The notes beneath the pieces were generated by a model. It ran no database searches. It was not told where the DNA came from and saw nothing but the letters and a program-made list of their open reading frames with translations. Positions 38,368 through 47,144 of a DNA stretch of 64,000 bases are shown in pieces. The stretch is from Spirochaetia bacterium (lineage in GTDB: Bacteria; Spirochaetota; Spirochaetia; DSM-2461): NCBI GenBank assembly GCA_963668315.1, contig OY764216.1, forward strand, positions 3,360,001 to 3,424,000, given 5' to 3'. Position 1 is the first letter of the stretch. Every line of letters begins with the position of its first letter. The position numbers and the translations under genes were made by a program.

Positions 38368-38522
38368 TCGCACCCCGGCGGCGGCTCCCCTCCGGTTCAC
38401 CCGTCTGCTTTGCAGACAGACCGCCTTTGTTCCGATAAGGCGCCTTATCGGAACAAAGCCTTGAACCGTCGCTCCGCACGCCAAAGGTAGACAGAAGCAG
38501 AGCCTCTGTCTACCGCCGGGGT
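38368..38522. repeat. Structured repeat A, copy 3 (complete multi-branched palindrome)
   Basis: Outer stem ACCCCGGCGG/CCGCCGGGGT; perfect 34-bp palindrome at 38425-38458; further hairpins. Confidence 0.85.
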
Positions 38523-38616
38523 AATTACAACGCATGATTTACTGAAATATTCCCCTGACGAGTACAGATTAAGGTATAATATTCCTTAGAAGAATAGGAA
38601 TACAGTAGGATTAGCG

Positions 38617-38811
38617 ATGCAAGAATACAAAGGCTATAAAACACAGATGCACTATGATCCAGATGACAAAGTTTTTTTCGGGAAGATAGAAGGTATTCAA
38701 AGTAGTATAACGTTCCATTCTGAAGATCAGGAAGGTTTTGAAAAAGAATTTCATGTTGCGGTTGATCACTTTCTTGAAGTCGCTAGAGCTAATGATTTAT
38801 CCTTTCTTTAG
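38617..38811 (+). CDS. HicB-like antitoxin (short, apparently solo)
   Basis: 'EYKGY...YDPDDKVFFGKIEGI...ITF...EFHVAVDHFLE'. Confidence 0.7.
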   Translation: MQEYKGYKTQMHYDPDDKVFFGKIEGIQSSITFHSEDQEGFEKEFHVAVDHFLEVARANDLSFL

Positions 38812-39105
38812 TATTGTTTCCGCTATAAATGTGATCACGTAAAACTTAGCTTTTTTTGTTGATTTGACTTTTCCTACAGATAAGAATGACCCCTAATTTT
38901 CCACAGTATTGCAGTTTCCTAAAATGGTAATTTCCCAGAAGACAGAGATTCTCACTTCTTATTAGATGGGACAGATTGGCTCAGTTTTGCCAGGTATTCA
39001 ATGGGAGATTTTTAACCTACTTTAGAAAGCAAGATAAAGAGTGTAGTATGATGAGCCCTCGTGTCAAACCACTTCTTCAAAATTAATAAGTGGAATCCTC
39101 CGATA

Positions 39106-39939
39106 TCAAGCTGCCTGATCCTTCCCAATCTGGAAGGACTCATAAACATCATCAGGAGTTAAATAACCAAGCCCCTGATGAAATCTTTTCCCGTTGTAGA
39201 AGCGAAAGTATTTCTGTATCCCTTTCTTCAACTCCCGGACATTCTCATCGGATCGGAGATAGATATCCTCGTATTTTAAACTACGCCAAAGACGTTCCAC
39301 ATAGATGTTGTCACGCCAGCTTCCCTGACCATCAATACTGATTCTGACTCCCGCTTCCTGGAGCGGTTTCAAAAAAGCATATGAAGTAAATTGACACCCC
39401 TGATCCGTATTAAAGATCGCCGGCGTTCCATATTTATCCATAGCTTCCTTTACGGCGGCGATACAGAACTCAGAATCCAAAGTAGTAGAGATCTTCCAGG
39501 TTAATACCTTACGGCTCCAGACGTCCATTATGGCTACAAGGTAGGCAAATCCCTTATCCATTTTAAGATAGGTGATATCAGTGGCCCAAACCTGATTGGG
39601 ATAGCGGATTCTTTTTCCCTTTAAAAGATAAGGATAGATGGGATTCTGCTTATTGGGGATAGAGGTAAATTTTCTGGGAGAAATAGCCCGTAAGCCTAAT
39701 TCTCTCATAAGACGGCGAACTCGCTTTCTGCTTGTATTATAGCCTTCTGAATTCAATTCCTCAGCCATTTTTCGATAACCATAGAATGGGATCTGAATGA
39801 AAAGTTCTTTAAGGCGAATCTTCTCTTCTATATCTTTCCGATCTTCCGGTTTAGGATCATAGTAATAAGCCGTCCTGCTGACATTGAGAATTTTACATTG
39901 CTTCCGGACAGACAATTTCCTATGATCCGGCTCTATCAT
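39106..39939 (-). CDS. IS3-family transposase OrfB (DDE)
   Basis: 'WATDITY', 'FNTDQGCQF', 'DNIYVERLWRSLKYE'. Confidence 0.92.
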   Translation of the reverse strand: MIEPDHRKLSVRKQCKILNVSRTAYYYDPKPEDRKDIEEKIRLKELFIQIPFYGYRKMAEELNSEGYNTSRKRVRRLMRELGLRAISPRKFTSIPNKQNPIYPYLLKGKRIRYPNQVWATDITYLKMDKGFAYLVAIMDVWSRKVLTWKISTTLDSEFCIAAVKEAMDKYGTPAIFNTDQGCQFTSYAFLKPLQEAGVRISIDGQGSWRDNIYVERLWRSLKYEDIYLRSDENVRELKKGIQKYFRFYNGKRFHQGLGYLTPDDVYESFQIGKDQAA

Positions 39940-40238
39940 TTGTAATCCTTGCCGTACAGTTGCTTGTACTTTTTTTTTAGAAACTCATTCTCATAATTGG
40001 CTTCGCCTAGCTGTTTGAAAAGTTCCTGCTCTTTTTTCTTGAGAGTTTCCAATTCCTGATCCTTTTTGTTCTTCCGGATAAAAAGGGAACTGGCATTTCC
40101 CATAAGCTGCTTTTTCCACATGCTGATCTGGTTGGGATGAACCTCATATTCTTCCGCCAGCTCTTGAAGAGTCTTTTCTTCTTTGATTGCTTCCAGGGCA
40201 ACCTTCGCTTTAAACTCTTCATCGAATTTTCTTTTCAT
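39936..40238 (-). CDS. IS3-family transposase OrfA (HTH)
   Basis: 'FKAKVALEA...LAEEYEVHPNQISMWK'. Confidence 0.9.
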   Translation of the reverse strand: MKRKFDEEFKAKVALEAIKEEKTLQELAEEYEVHPNQISMWKKQLMGNASSLFIRKNKKDQELETLKKKEQELFKQLGEANYENEFLKKKYKQLYGKDYK

Positions 40239-40513
40239 TGATCGTCTCCCTTTTTCATATTATCATGAATCGGGAAATCCAACTTAATATTTAAAGGACT
40301 GGCTTACCCTGTGGGCTCATCATACATGGATTTACAATTATCATTGAAAATTGTCAGCTTCGGCAATCTTTACTAGAATGGAAAAAGTGTAAGAGAGGTC
40401 TTTATCTATTTGCAGGGGAAGTCTAGATTGCATACAGTGCTTATACAATAAAGATGTCGATTATGGTGTCTTATAGTGAACGTATAAGAAAAATTCCCTT
40501 CTCAACGATTTTT

Positions 40514-40785
40514 TCAACCTTCTTGTTGTCTTTTCGCATGCAAGATGGCTAACACAGGTATTGTAGATTCCTGAATTGTATAGATGATCTGATACGGGAA
40601 TTGTCTAATCAGAATTTTCCTATAATGTTTATGGACAATTGGAAACATGGGGGATTCCTCTTAATCATTAAAAATCCGTTATCAAGACAATTAAGAAATT
40701 CCCGGTCCAGATATAGCGCTTTGATTCTATACATTGAAGTGTTTCACGGATCTCATTCTGGGCTTATGACCAATTCATATTTTAT
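40514..40785 (-). pseudogene. Degenerate RelE/ParE-family toxin gene (not in the ORF track)
   Basis: Manual translation of the minus strand: KYELVISPE*...EFLNCLDNGFLMIKRNP / MFPIVHKHYRKILIRQFPYQIIYTIQESTIPVLAILHAKR, with in-frame stops and a frameshift at the G5 run near 40650. Confidence 0.7.
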
Positions 40786-40967
40786 TAAAGGGCTTAATTC
40801 TATTCAAGTGCAGATCATAAAGAATCCCATGATAAAACCGTTTTAGGATTATGTTTATAGTGTTCTTACCTTTGCTCAAGATACCTAATCTGAATATCAG
40901 TCAGATTTTAAGTCCCATTGGACACTGCTATCGGAACCTATATATTTTCTATGATAATTTTTTTTAC

Positions 40968-41182
40968 TTCAACTGGTCAGGACGACCAATGGTATATAAT
41001 ACGATGCCAAACTTAAGCCAGTAGCCAGGGAGGACTGAAGGCAATCCGGAGGCCTTTGTATAAAACCGAATTATGTGTGGGACAGGCGTAGGGCAATTAT
41101 CTGTCAGCGGGTGATTGGGGAAACTTGTGAGGCCGTTGGACCAAAATCGTCCTGTCGTCCGGTCAGGATAACGGGGTTGTTA
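40968..41182. repeat. Structured repeat B, second copy
   Basis: Shares ATAATACGA, ATTATGTGTGGGACAGGCG, TGGGGAAACT and GTCCGGTCAGGxTAACGGGGTTGTTA with 29057-29274. Confidence 0.8.
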
Positions 41183-41199
41183 CTTTGAGACCTTAGTTT

Positions 41200-41229
41200 G
41201 CTCCCCCGGTTTCTCATAAACCGGGGAGC
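41200..41229. terminator. Strong hairpin at the end of the gsp operon
   Basis: GCTCCCC(C)GGTTT/AAACCGGGGAGC stem; U-tract is weak. Confidence 0.45.
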
Positions 41230-41247
41230 GAATCAAAAAGCAAACAT

Positions 41248-42246
41248 CTACTCCAATCGGCCCCAATTCTCCCCATCAAAGAAAATAGCATACTCCCAAT
41301 TCTTCTCACCCCTCGAAACAGTAAGCTTCCAGAAACTCGTCTGAGTCCCCAGATACTCCAGAACTCGCAGTTGTTTCTCTGTCGGGGCAATGATCGATTT
41401 CAGCTCGCCGGGAGTGATCTCCCGTGATGCCCGGGCATCCAGGATATTCTGTGCCTTAAGAAGGCTATTGTTTATGGGATCTTCCTTGTAAGGATAAGAG
41501 AGAAGGCACTTGAGCAGGAAAGGATCTATGTAATGAACGTTCATCTGGGGCATGGCGGTAATAACAGGGATGACATCCTTCTCTCCCATGCCCAGGAGCG
41601 GGGGAAGCTCTTCCCTGTCCCATAATTTGAACTCCTTTAAACCCTGCTGGATTTTATCATGGAAGATCTGTGCGCCTCCCTCGCCATGGCGGATTGTATA
41701 AATCTCGACAAGAGATTCTTCATAGGTGACATTCACATTGGCCAGACTATGCAGGGTAAAGAAACGGGTCAGATTCTCTTCGCCGAAGGTCTCCGTCCAG
41801 ACGGCTAGATTCGTTGTGAATCCTTCTTCTCTCCTCCGTGCCTGAATGCTGTCGGGATGCTCCCCGGAGATAATGAGACGGCTCAGATCGGTTTCTTCGA
41901 AGAGCTTTGTTCTCATCCAGTTGATGTTCAGACGGCTGGAGATATCTTTCAATTTAAGGGTGTATGGTGAGTGATCGGCGTTGATGAAATCCCATACAGG
42001 ATCTTCCTGTGAATGGGACTCCGGAGTCGTATCTTCCTCTAAAGCATCGATGGTCTGCTCTACAAGAAGGTCCCTCTCCCGTTCCCCGTTGATTTGTGTC
42101 GTCAGATTCTCGGTTCTTAATAGGGAGGTTTTGGCGATAAGTGATACGGCTAGAAAGAGACTACTAATAATCAGAATGACGACGAGAACGGTAACAGAAC
42201 TGTTGCCCCGATCCTCTTTGATGATCCTCCTGAGCATATCTCTCAT
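41248..42246 (-). CDS. gspK: T2SS minor pseudopilin, GspK-like
   Basis: Prepilin-like 'DRG-NSSVTVLVVIL' lacking E5; 'DISSRLNIN' and 'NVN' motifs; last gene of the operon. Confidence 0.65.
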   Translation of the reverse strand: MRDMLRRIIKEDRGNSSVTVLVVILIISSLFLAVSLIAKTSLLRTENLTTQINGERERDLLVEQTIDALEEDTTPESHSQEDPVWDFINADHSPYTLKLKDISSRLNINWMRTKLFEETDLSRLIISGEHPDSIQARRREEGFTTNLAVWTETFGEENLTRFFTLHSLANVNVTYEESLVEIYTIRHGEGGAQIFHDKIQQGLKEFKLWDREELPPLLGMGEKDVIPVITAMPQMNVHYIDPFLLKCLLSYPYKEDPINNSLLKAQNILDARASREITPGELKSIIAPTEKQLRVLEYLGTQTSFWKLTVSRGEKNWEYAIFFDGENWGRLE

Positions 42247-42752
42247 GAATCCCCCTCCCTGCCGATCACCGATGAACCGAGGGGAAAAAGCAACTGCCTC
42301 TCATCAAGGATGAGGGTGAAGAAGTAACGTCCATCCTTTCTGCTGCTAATCCATTCCGCACGTGTCTTACCGGGTGAGGGTATCGTTACAAGAAGCTCTT
42401 CGTTCAGGAAGAACGAAATCATTTCTTCTTCAAATCCGATTACCAAATGATCCTCTTCCATACCCTTATACCAGGGGAAATCCCAGGTGTTTCCCTTCTG
42501 CTCCGGCTCATACTCCGGAAGCCACCAGGGAGGCCGGACATCACCTAGAAAGCGGCGGAACGCATCGGCGGCCATGAGTTCCCTGTTATGCTCCGTGAAG
42601 GCTGTCAGATCCTGCTTCATGCCGGGGATGAGGGACGTACTCAGACGGAACAGGGAGATCATCAGGAGGGAGAGGAGAATTAGACTGACAATGGTTTCGA
42701 CAAAGGTGACACCCCTTTCGTCAGTCAGTTTTTTCCAGAATCTGTTCTTCAT
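42243..42752 (-). CDS. T2SS minor pseudopilin (GspJ-like)
   Basis: Prepilin motif 'ERG-VTFVETIV'. Confidence 0.7.
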   Translation of the reverse strand: MKNRFWKKLTDERGVTFVETIVSLILLSLLMISLFRLSTSLIPGMKQDLTAFTEHNRELMAADAFRRFLGDVRPPWWLPEYEPEQKGNTWDFPWYKGMEEDHLVIGFEEEMISFFLNEELLVTIPSPGKTRAEWISSRKDGRYFFTLILDERQLLFPLGSSVIGREGDS

Positions 42753-42921
42753 AGTCGGTCCAGGCCTGGTGATAGGCGGTCATTGTTTTTACCCGGGCAT
42801 TTTTCAGGGTCGTACCAGCGGAAAAGAGAGTTATAGCTGTAAGGGAAATGATCGTCAATGCTACGAGCAAATCCACATAGAGATAGCCCTGATCACCAGC
42901 TAGTAATGTCCTCAGCTTCAC
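42721..42921 (-). CDS. Small pseudopilin (GspI/H-like), 66 aa
   Basis: GTG at 42921 after GGAGGAG; 'DQG-YLYVDLLVALTIISL' followed by a hydrophobic helix. Confidence 0.65.
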   Translation of the reverse strand: MKLRTLLAGDQGYLYVDLLVALTIISLTAITLFSAGTTLKNARVKTMTAYHQAWTDYEEQILEKTD

Positions 42922-43369
42922 CTTCTCCTCCTTCCAGGCCATCCGATCCATAGGAAATAATTCCAAAGGGCTGACCTGAGGGACCGGGAACCTGATAGAG
43001 GTAGTCCTTGCCCCAGGGATCCTGAGTGATCTTCCGGGTGATGTAAGGGCCATTCCAACCGGCGGGCTGGGGATCGGAGCTGGGTTTTTCAGAAAGTGCC
43101 TGCAGCCCCTGCTGTTCTGTGGGGTAGGACCCGCAGTCCAGAAAGTACGTGGTCAGGGCCAGGGAGGCATTCTCAATTTCCGTTTGTGCCTTAACCCGTT
43201 TCGCCTTGCCTACCTGTTTGAACGCGGTGAGGCCGACCATCGCCGTCAGCATAAGGGCTATAGCTATGACAATAAGGGTTTCCACGAAGGTCCACCCCCG
43301 GTCATCCTTCAACTTCCTGTAGATTTTCTTCAACAGGGGTTTCATATTCTTAATACGTTTATTCTTCAT
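42893..43369 (-). CDS. gspG: T2SS major pseudopilin
   Basis: 'RG-WTFVETLIV', 'YPTEQQGLQAL', 'WNGPY', 'DPWG', 'SYGSDG...DI'. Confidence 0.92.
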   Translation of the reverse strand: MKNKRIKNMKPLLKKIYRKLKDDRGWTFVETLIVIAIALMLTAMVGLTAFKQVGKAKRVKAQTEIENASLALTTYFLDCGSYPTEQQGLQALSEKPSSDPQPAGWNGPYITRKITQDPWGKDYLYQVPGPSGQPFGIISYGSDGLEGGEGEAEDITSW

Positions 43370-44090
43370 TGGTCTTCCGTCCTTTTTCTATCTGGTCTGC
43401 CAGCAGAGCTATCCGTTCCTTAATATCATCGGAAGGTCTTTGGGCCATAATCTTTCCTAAAACGATATAAGCTTCATCCCGTTTATTCCTGTCATATTGG
43501 AGAAGATCCGCATAGAAGAGGAGAACCTCCCCCGGCATCGTCTCTCCGTTTCCTGTTTTCAGGATTTCCTCCGCCTCTTCCGATTCGCCCTGCTTCCAGA
43601 GAATAATCGCTCTGAGAAAGAGCCTCTCCCAATCCTCTTCCCCAATGCTGAACGCCCTGTCCAGGTAGGAAAGAGCCTTCTCCCACTCCCCCTTATCCAT
43701 GGACTTTCGGCTCAGACGGACAAGCTGGTCCTCCGAAAAGAGACGGCCGTACAGGGCCTGCCCCTCGTTGTCATAGGGGAAATCAAAGCTTACCGTCTCA
43801 TAGCCTTCTTTGGACAGGGTCACCTCATACTGCTCGAAGGGCAGATCCGGAAAGATCGCTTTGCCCGTAACATCGGTCTTGGCTCTGTATTCCTTCCCTT
43901 GGGAATTGGTCATTTCCACCATAACCGAAGAGCAGGCCCTGTTCTCACCATTAAAAACCTTGGCCATCAGGGAAAAGGAGTCAAGTTTCTGCCTTCTGAG
44001 AAGCATACCGTCCGTACGGCAGGACATGAGAAATAATGTCAGGAAGAGGGACATGATAAGTCCCGTTCGTTTCATTCCGTATTGATTCAT
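43359..44090 (-). CDS. Lipoprotein with a beta-sandwich (carboxypeptidase-regulatory-like) domain and TPR-like helices
   Basis: Lipobox 'LFLMS-C'; 'AKTDVTGKAIFPDLP...Y-x-VTLSKEGY'; helical repeats. Confidence 0.6.
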   Translation of the reverse strand: MNQYGMKRTGLIMSLFLTLFLMSCRTDGMLLRRQKLDSFSLMAKVFNGENRACSSVMVEMTNSQGKEYRAKTDVTGKAIFPDLPFEQYEVTLSKEGYETVSFDFPYDNEGQALYGRLFSEDQLVRLSRKSMDKGEWEKALSYLDRAFSIGEEDWERLFLRAIILWKQGESEEAEEILKTGNGETMPGEVLLFYADLLQYDRNKRDEAYIVLGKIMAQRPSDDIKERIALLADQIEKGRKTNEE

Positions 44091-44974
44091 GGGTTAACCT
44101 CATATAATCTGTTGTTATTTTCCAAAAGGTAGATCCGGTCTGTCTTCTCTTTCAGTTTCCATTCCGATTGATTCGGGTTCTCCAGGGAAAGGGAGAAGAC
44201 CCGTCCGTTTCGATTATCCTTGAAATAGAGGAGTTTGTCTTTACCGTCGGGGGACACCTTTCCCACAAAGCTGATGGACGACCGATCTACTGTAGGCTCA
44301 GGTATCATTATCGGTGCTGGTTCAGGACTCACAACTGTACTCTTCACGGCAACAGTTTTTAAGGGGAAGATGCGGGAAAGTAGATTTACGGGGATATTCC
44401 TATTAAGAGAAAGGGGAGGGGATATTTCATCACTATCGGAATATGCGTTTTCAAGAAAATCCTTCCACTCCTCTTGGAACTCCTTTGGAAGGGAGAGGGG
44501 GGTGATCCTGAGTGAGATTCTCGCCGGCGGATTTTGAATATCCAGGGAGAAGGAATCGATTCTCATATATCCCTTCTCCTGATCCTGAAGAAAGGTGAGA
44601 ATCTGATAGGGTTCACCTTCCAGATGGAATTCGATGGAATGGTTATCGCCCGATGTGATCTCCTGGTAGCGAGACACCTTCAATCCCAATGCTTCAAAGC
44701 GTTCCTTTATCTCCTGACCGAAGGGATAAAGGAGGATTTGCTGATTCTGACTTTGATAGAGGCGCATGGCTTCCATGCGGTCCTGGTCATCCTCTGCTAT
44801 GGCGCTCGACTGCTGTTCCTGTAAGCGTTCAACCTGACTGCGGCTCAAACGGATCTTCTCAAGGAGATCCTCCCTTTTGCCGGCCCAGAGATCATGGATG
44901 GCCATGAGGAGGAAGATGAAGGTGAGAAGGCCTAAAATGGACAGGAGAATCTTTCGTTCCCTCGTCATTTCCAC
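44087..44974 (-). CDS. T2SS inner-membrane platform protein (GspM/PilO-like)
   Basis: 'TRERKILL' followed by a transmembrane segment and coiled coil; operon position. Confidence 0.5.
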   Translation of the reverse strand: MEMTRERKILLSILGLLTFIFLLMAIHDLWAGKREDLLEKIRLSRSQVERLQEQQSSAIAEDDQDRMEAMRLYQSQNQQILLYPFGQEIKERFEALGLKVSRYQEITSGDNHSIEFHLEGEPYQILTFLQDQEKGYMRIDSFSLDIQNPPARISLRITPLSLPKEFQEEWKDFLENAYSDSDEISPPLSLNRNIPVNLLSRIFPLKTVAVKSTVVSPEPAPIMIPEPTVDRSSISFVGKVSPDGKDKLLYFKDNRNGRVFSLSLENPNQSEWKLKEKTDRIYLLENNNRLYEVNP

Positions 44975-45957
44975 CTTCCCGACAGATTAAAGAGCTCCAG
45001 ACTCTCCTGCTCCCGGCTCTGGTACAGTGTTATCCGTTCAATCTCGGGTACTGTACGCAGTTTCTCCAGAATGTTCAGGGGATCCTTTCCCCGGGCTTGA
45101 ATCTGGAAGTCCTGCCCTTGAAAGGAGAGGTTCAGGATTGTCGCCTTACCGGAAAAATAGGGGTAGAGAATCTCCAAGCGTCCATACAGGTCGGATGGAC
45201 TGTTTTCCTCCAGTATCTTCCGGATCTCTTTCCAGGGGATGTTGCCATCCTGGCCGATTCTTTGACTGAGAAGCTCTGAACGGACGTTTTTCCACTCCTC
45301 GTACTGATTAAGAAGTTCCCTGCTCTCCTGCCATTGGAAAAAGAAAGAGGCGAGCGGGATGAGGGGAAGGAGTGCCAGAAGAAGTTTCAAACGGCCTTTT
45401 TTGTTCTCCTTTCTCGCAAAGAGGGAGGGGAGGTTCGTCTCAAGTTCGAACAGCCGGGGGCGGGCCGATTCTCCCAGAAACTCCTTGACGAGAATGGGCA
45501 TGTCCGACTCTTCTGCCAAATGGATTCCATGATCCAGTCTGCTTCCATTACAGAAAAACAAATCGTATCCCGATCCGGCACTGAACTGATAGACTTCTTT
45601 TCCTTCTCCCAGGGGAAGGGAGAGGGCGGGGGAGAGCAAGATCGCATCCTTACCCCAGTCCCGGCGGATCCTTTCTATAATCTCTCTCTTGATGAGAAAG
45701 ACGTAGGTCGCCTGGCCCAAATGCCGACTGTTCCATTCCCACTCTTCCAGGGAATCGGGGAAATGGGTGGGCAGGGTCCTTTGTATCAATAGGTCCCGAT
45801 CCTCCTTCTTCAACGGGGGGATATCCAGAGAAATGACGGGGCAGATGTTCTGGTTCAGGCAGACTTGACTTTTATGGGAAGAGTTCGGCTTGATTTCCAC
45901 TCCTTCCCTGTTCACGTACCGGGGCTCTCCGGCGTTGAGAGAGGCATAGACCGTCAT
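44965..45957 (-). CDS. T2SS platform protein (GspL/PilN-like)
   Basis: Cytoplasmic domain, single transmembrane segment, periplasmic domain; follows gspF. Confidence 0.5.
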   Translation of the reverse strand: MTVYASLNAGEPRYVNREGVEIKPNSSHKSQVCLNQNICPVISLDIPPLKKEDRDLLIQRTLPTHFPDSLEEWEWNSRHLGQATYVFLIKREIIERIRRDWGKDAILLSPALSLPLGEGKEVYQFSAGSGYDLFFCNGSRLDHGIHLAEESDMPILVKEFLGESARPRLFELETNLPSLFARKENKKGRLKLLLALLPLIPLASFFFQWQESRELLNQYEEWKNVRSELLSQRIGQDGNIPWKEIRKILEENSPSDLYGRLEILYPYFSGKATILNLSFQGQDFQIQARGKDPLNILEKLRTVPEIERITLYQSREQESLELFNLSGRWK

Positions 45958-47144
45958 GCCATCCCTCCATACATGGTCAATAAGGGGAGTATGATATTCA
46001 ATATGATCGTAAGGAGTATAACACCCAGGAGGATAATGACGGCCGGTTCCACCAATGTCAGTATGTTGTTGAGGATCTTCTGCATCTCCATTTGATAATA
46101 ATCCTTAAGCTGCTTGAATACCTTATCCACAGTACCGATTCGTTCACCCAGGCCGATCCATTGGCTTAGTTCAGAAGGAAATGCGGTCTCCTCCGCTAGA
46201 AGAGCAGAGAGGGCATCACCCTTGAGCAAGCGGGATTGGAGCGTTAAGAGACGCTCCCGCAGATAACTGTTCTCAAGAACATCGGCTGACTGGAGAAGAC
46301 TGTCTTCCAGAGTAACGCCGCATCCTGTCAGTATGGAAAGGGCAAAGGAAAGGGAGAGCATATCCCGGGTGAGGAAAAATTTCCTTACCAGGGGAATCAT
46401 CAGAATCAAACGGTCCGTCAGGAGTCGGAAGGTGGTATATTTTCTTTTGAGGAAGCCAAGGACAACCGATCCGAGGGGAATCAGAACGATCAATCCACCA
46501 AACAGGGCGATAAGGATTCTGGCGGATGTCATGGCCCTGTTCAGGTTTTGCTCCGAGGTTCCTCCCGCCATTTGTGTCAGGTTTTCCATCTGGGGGAGAA
46601 AGAAGAAGAGGAGCGCCGTTACGCCGATAAAAACCATGGATAGAACCAGGGCAGGGTAGATCAGGGCTCCGGTCACCCTATCCTTCAGTTCCTTTCTCTC
46701 TTTGAGCCATTGGGCGAGGGGCGTGAGGATTCTATCCAGCTGTCCCAGCCGTTGTCCGACCCGGATCATTCCCAGATAAAGGGGAGGGAAGAGATTCTCC
46801 TGGGAGGCAATCGCCTGGGCAAAGGAATCGCCCCTTTGGAGCTGTCGATTGAGCTGCTCCACGAGTAGGGCCGTTTTCCCTTTGGTGAATAACTTCTGGG
46901 CCACTTCGAAGGCTTCCTTGAGACTGAGTCCGGACTGAATCATCATTCCCAGGGATTGGGTCAGCTCCAGAATGGCCTTCTGATGACCGCCCCTTAACCG
47001 TTTCCCGCTCTTCTCTTCCTCCCAATCCAGAAGATAATATCCCTGATCCTTAATCCGCGCTTCCATTTCATCCTGGGAATCGGCCTGGATTTTCTTTTTG
47101 AGGATTTTTCCCTGACTATCGGAGAGACGGCACTGAAATATCAC
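45954..47144 (-). CDS. gspF: T2SS inner-membrane protein F
   Basis: 'LGMMIQSGLSL', 'FPPLY...GQRLGQL', 'ALIYP', 'LVEP'; three transmembrane segments. Confidence 0.9.
   Translation of the reverse strand: MIFQCRLSDSQGKILKKKIQADSQDEMEARIKDQGYYLLDWEEEKSGKRLRGGHQKAILELTQSLGMMIQSGLSLKEAFEVAQKLFTKGKTALLVEQLNRQLQRGDSFAQAIASQENLFPPLYLGMIRVGQRLGQLDRILTPLAQWLKERKELKDRVTGALIYPALVLSMVFIGVTALLFFFLPQMENLTQMAGGTSEQNLNRAMTSARILIALFGGLIVLIPLGSVVLGFLKRKYTTFRLLTDRLILMIPLVRKFFLTRDMLSLSFALSILTGCGVTLEDSLLQSADVLENSYLRERLLTLQSRLLKGDALSALLAEETAFPSELSQWIGLGERIGTVDKVFKQLKDYYQMEMQKILNNILTLVEPAVIILLGVILLTIILNIILPLLTMYGGMA

Larger units (their letters stand above)
39046..40325 (-). mobile_element. IS3-family insertion sequence
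   Basis: Terminal inverted repeats GTATGATGAGCCC/GGGCTCATCATAC; orfA/orfB with an A9G slippery site at 39969-39978. Exact ends uncertain by a few bases. Confidence 0.9.

Noticed and set aside
40601..40846. Plus-strand 81-aa ORF
   Set aside because: It is antisense to the ParE-like pseudogene and has no recognisable features.
42922..43053. First 44 codons of the 110-aa ORF
   Set aside because: They overlap gspG out of frame; the RBS and prepilin motif point to the GTG at 42921.
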